Shown: piece after piece, positions 43,981-44,122 of the stretch | Numbering within the stretch: the stretch's first letter is position 1 | How the letters are laid out: each line of letters begins with the position of its first letter | Source of the DNA: an uncultured archaeon | Lineage (GTDB): Archaea; Aenigmatarchaeota; Aenigmatarchaeia; GW2011-AR5 | NCBI GenBank assembly: GCA_964373695.1 | Contig: CAYJVT010000008.1 | Location: forward strand, 1 to 44,122 | Length of the DNA: 44,122 bases | Direction: 5' to 3' | Notes under the pieces: model-generated | Seen by the model: only the letters and a program-made list of their open reading frames with translations | Database searches by the model: none | Told to the model about the DNA's origin: nothing | Program-made: the position numbers and the translations under genes

Positions 43981-44028
43981 AATGTATAAATACCGTGCCA
44001 GATATTTAAAACCTTCAGGTGTAGAGCC

Positions 44029-44122
44029 ATGAATAAAATTCCGCTGATAATGGTGTTCCTCGCCATGTCAGGTCTCGCCTCTGCAGCCATACCCACCATA
44101 ATGAACTTGCAGGGCAGGCTGA
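44029..44122 (+). CDS. Secreted protein, N-terminal part only (runs off the window)
   Basis: MNKIPLIMVFLAMSGLASA|AIPTIMNLQGRL: signal peptide followed by a QGRL motif. Confidence 0.7.
   Translation, partial: MNKIPLIMVFLAMSGLASAAIPTIMNLQGRL
44068..44122 (+). repeat. 55-nt direct repeat, copy 2 (reaches the window end)
   Basis: Identical to 43294-43348. Confidence 0.95.

Noticed and set aside
1-44122. CRISPR array or cas operon
   Set aside because: No regularly spaced direct repeats; the only Cas4-like gene is solitary.

Overview
Mostly a segment of an archaeal genome, most likely DPANN and probably Aenigmarchaeota-like. That placement is inferred from archaeal GluRS/ProRS, class I CCA enzyme, aCPSF1, proteasome beta, Rpo12, L37Ae, S26e, form III-type RuBisCO, TATA-box promoters and BHB tRNA introns. 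The first ~3.1 kb looks bacterial: strong AGGAG/GGAGG Shine-Dalgarno sites and a purE-purC-purD cluster in which purE is frameshifted and purD is collapsed to 59 aa. It may be a transferred island, a chimeric join or a contig junction. The archaeal part carries housekeeping genes, four LAGLIDADG inteins in three P-loop ATPases, a type IV pilus-like locus, about six toxin-antitoxin-like modules and two intron-containing tRNA-Pro genes. The most striking features are: (1) an AT-rich gene fusing bacterial sigma70 regions 1.2/2/4, an RNA polymerase alpha-CTD and a winged helix, in an archaeal context; (2) a tRNA-Pro(UGG) split by two non-canonical introns; (3) promoter-bearing tRNA-like repeats alternating with TA modules between the two tRNA-Pro genes; (4) a twice-occurring module of an atypical PIN protein with a convergent ~35-aa micro-ORF. 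All family assignments come from motif recognition by eye; no database searches were run.
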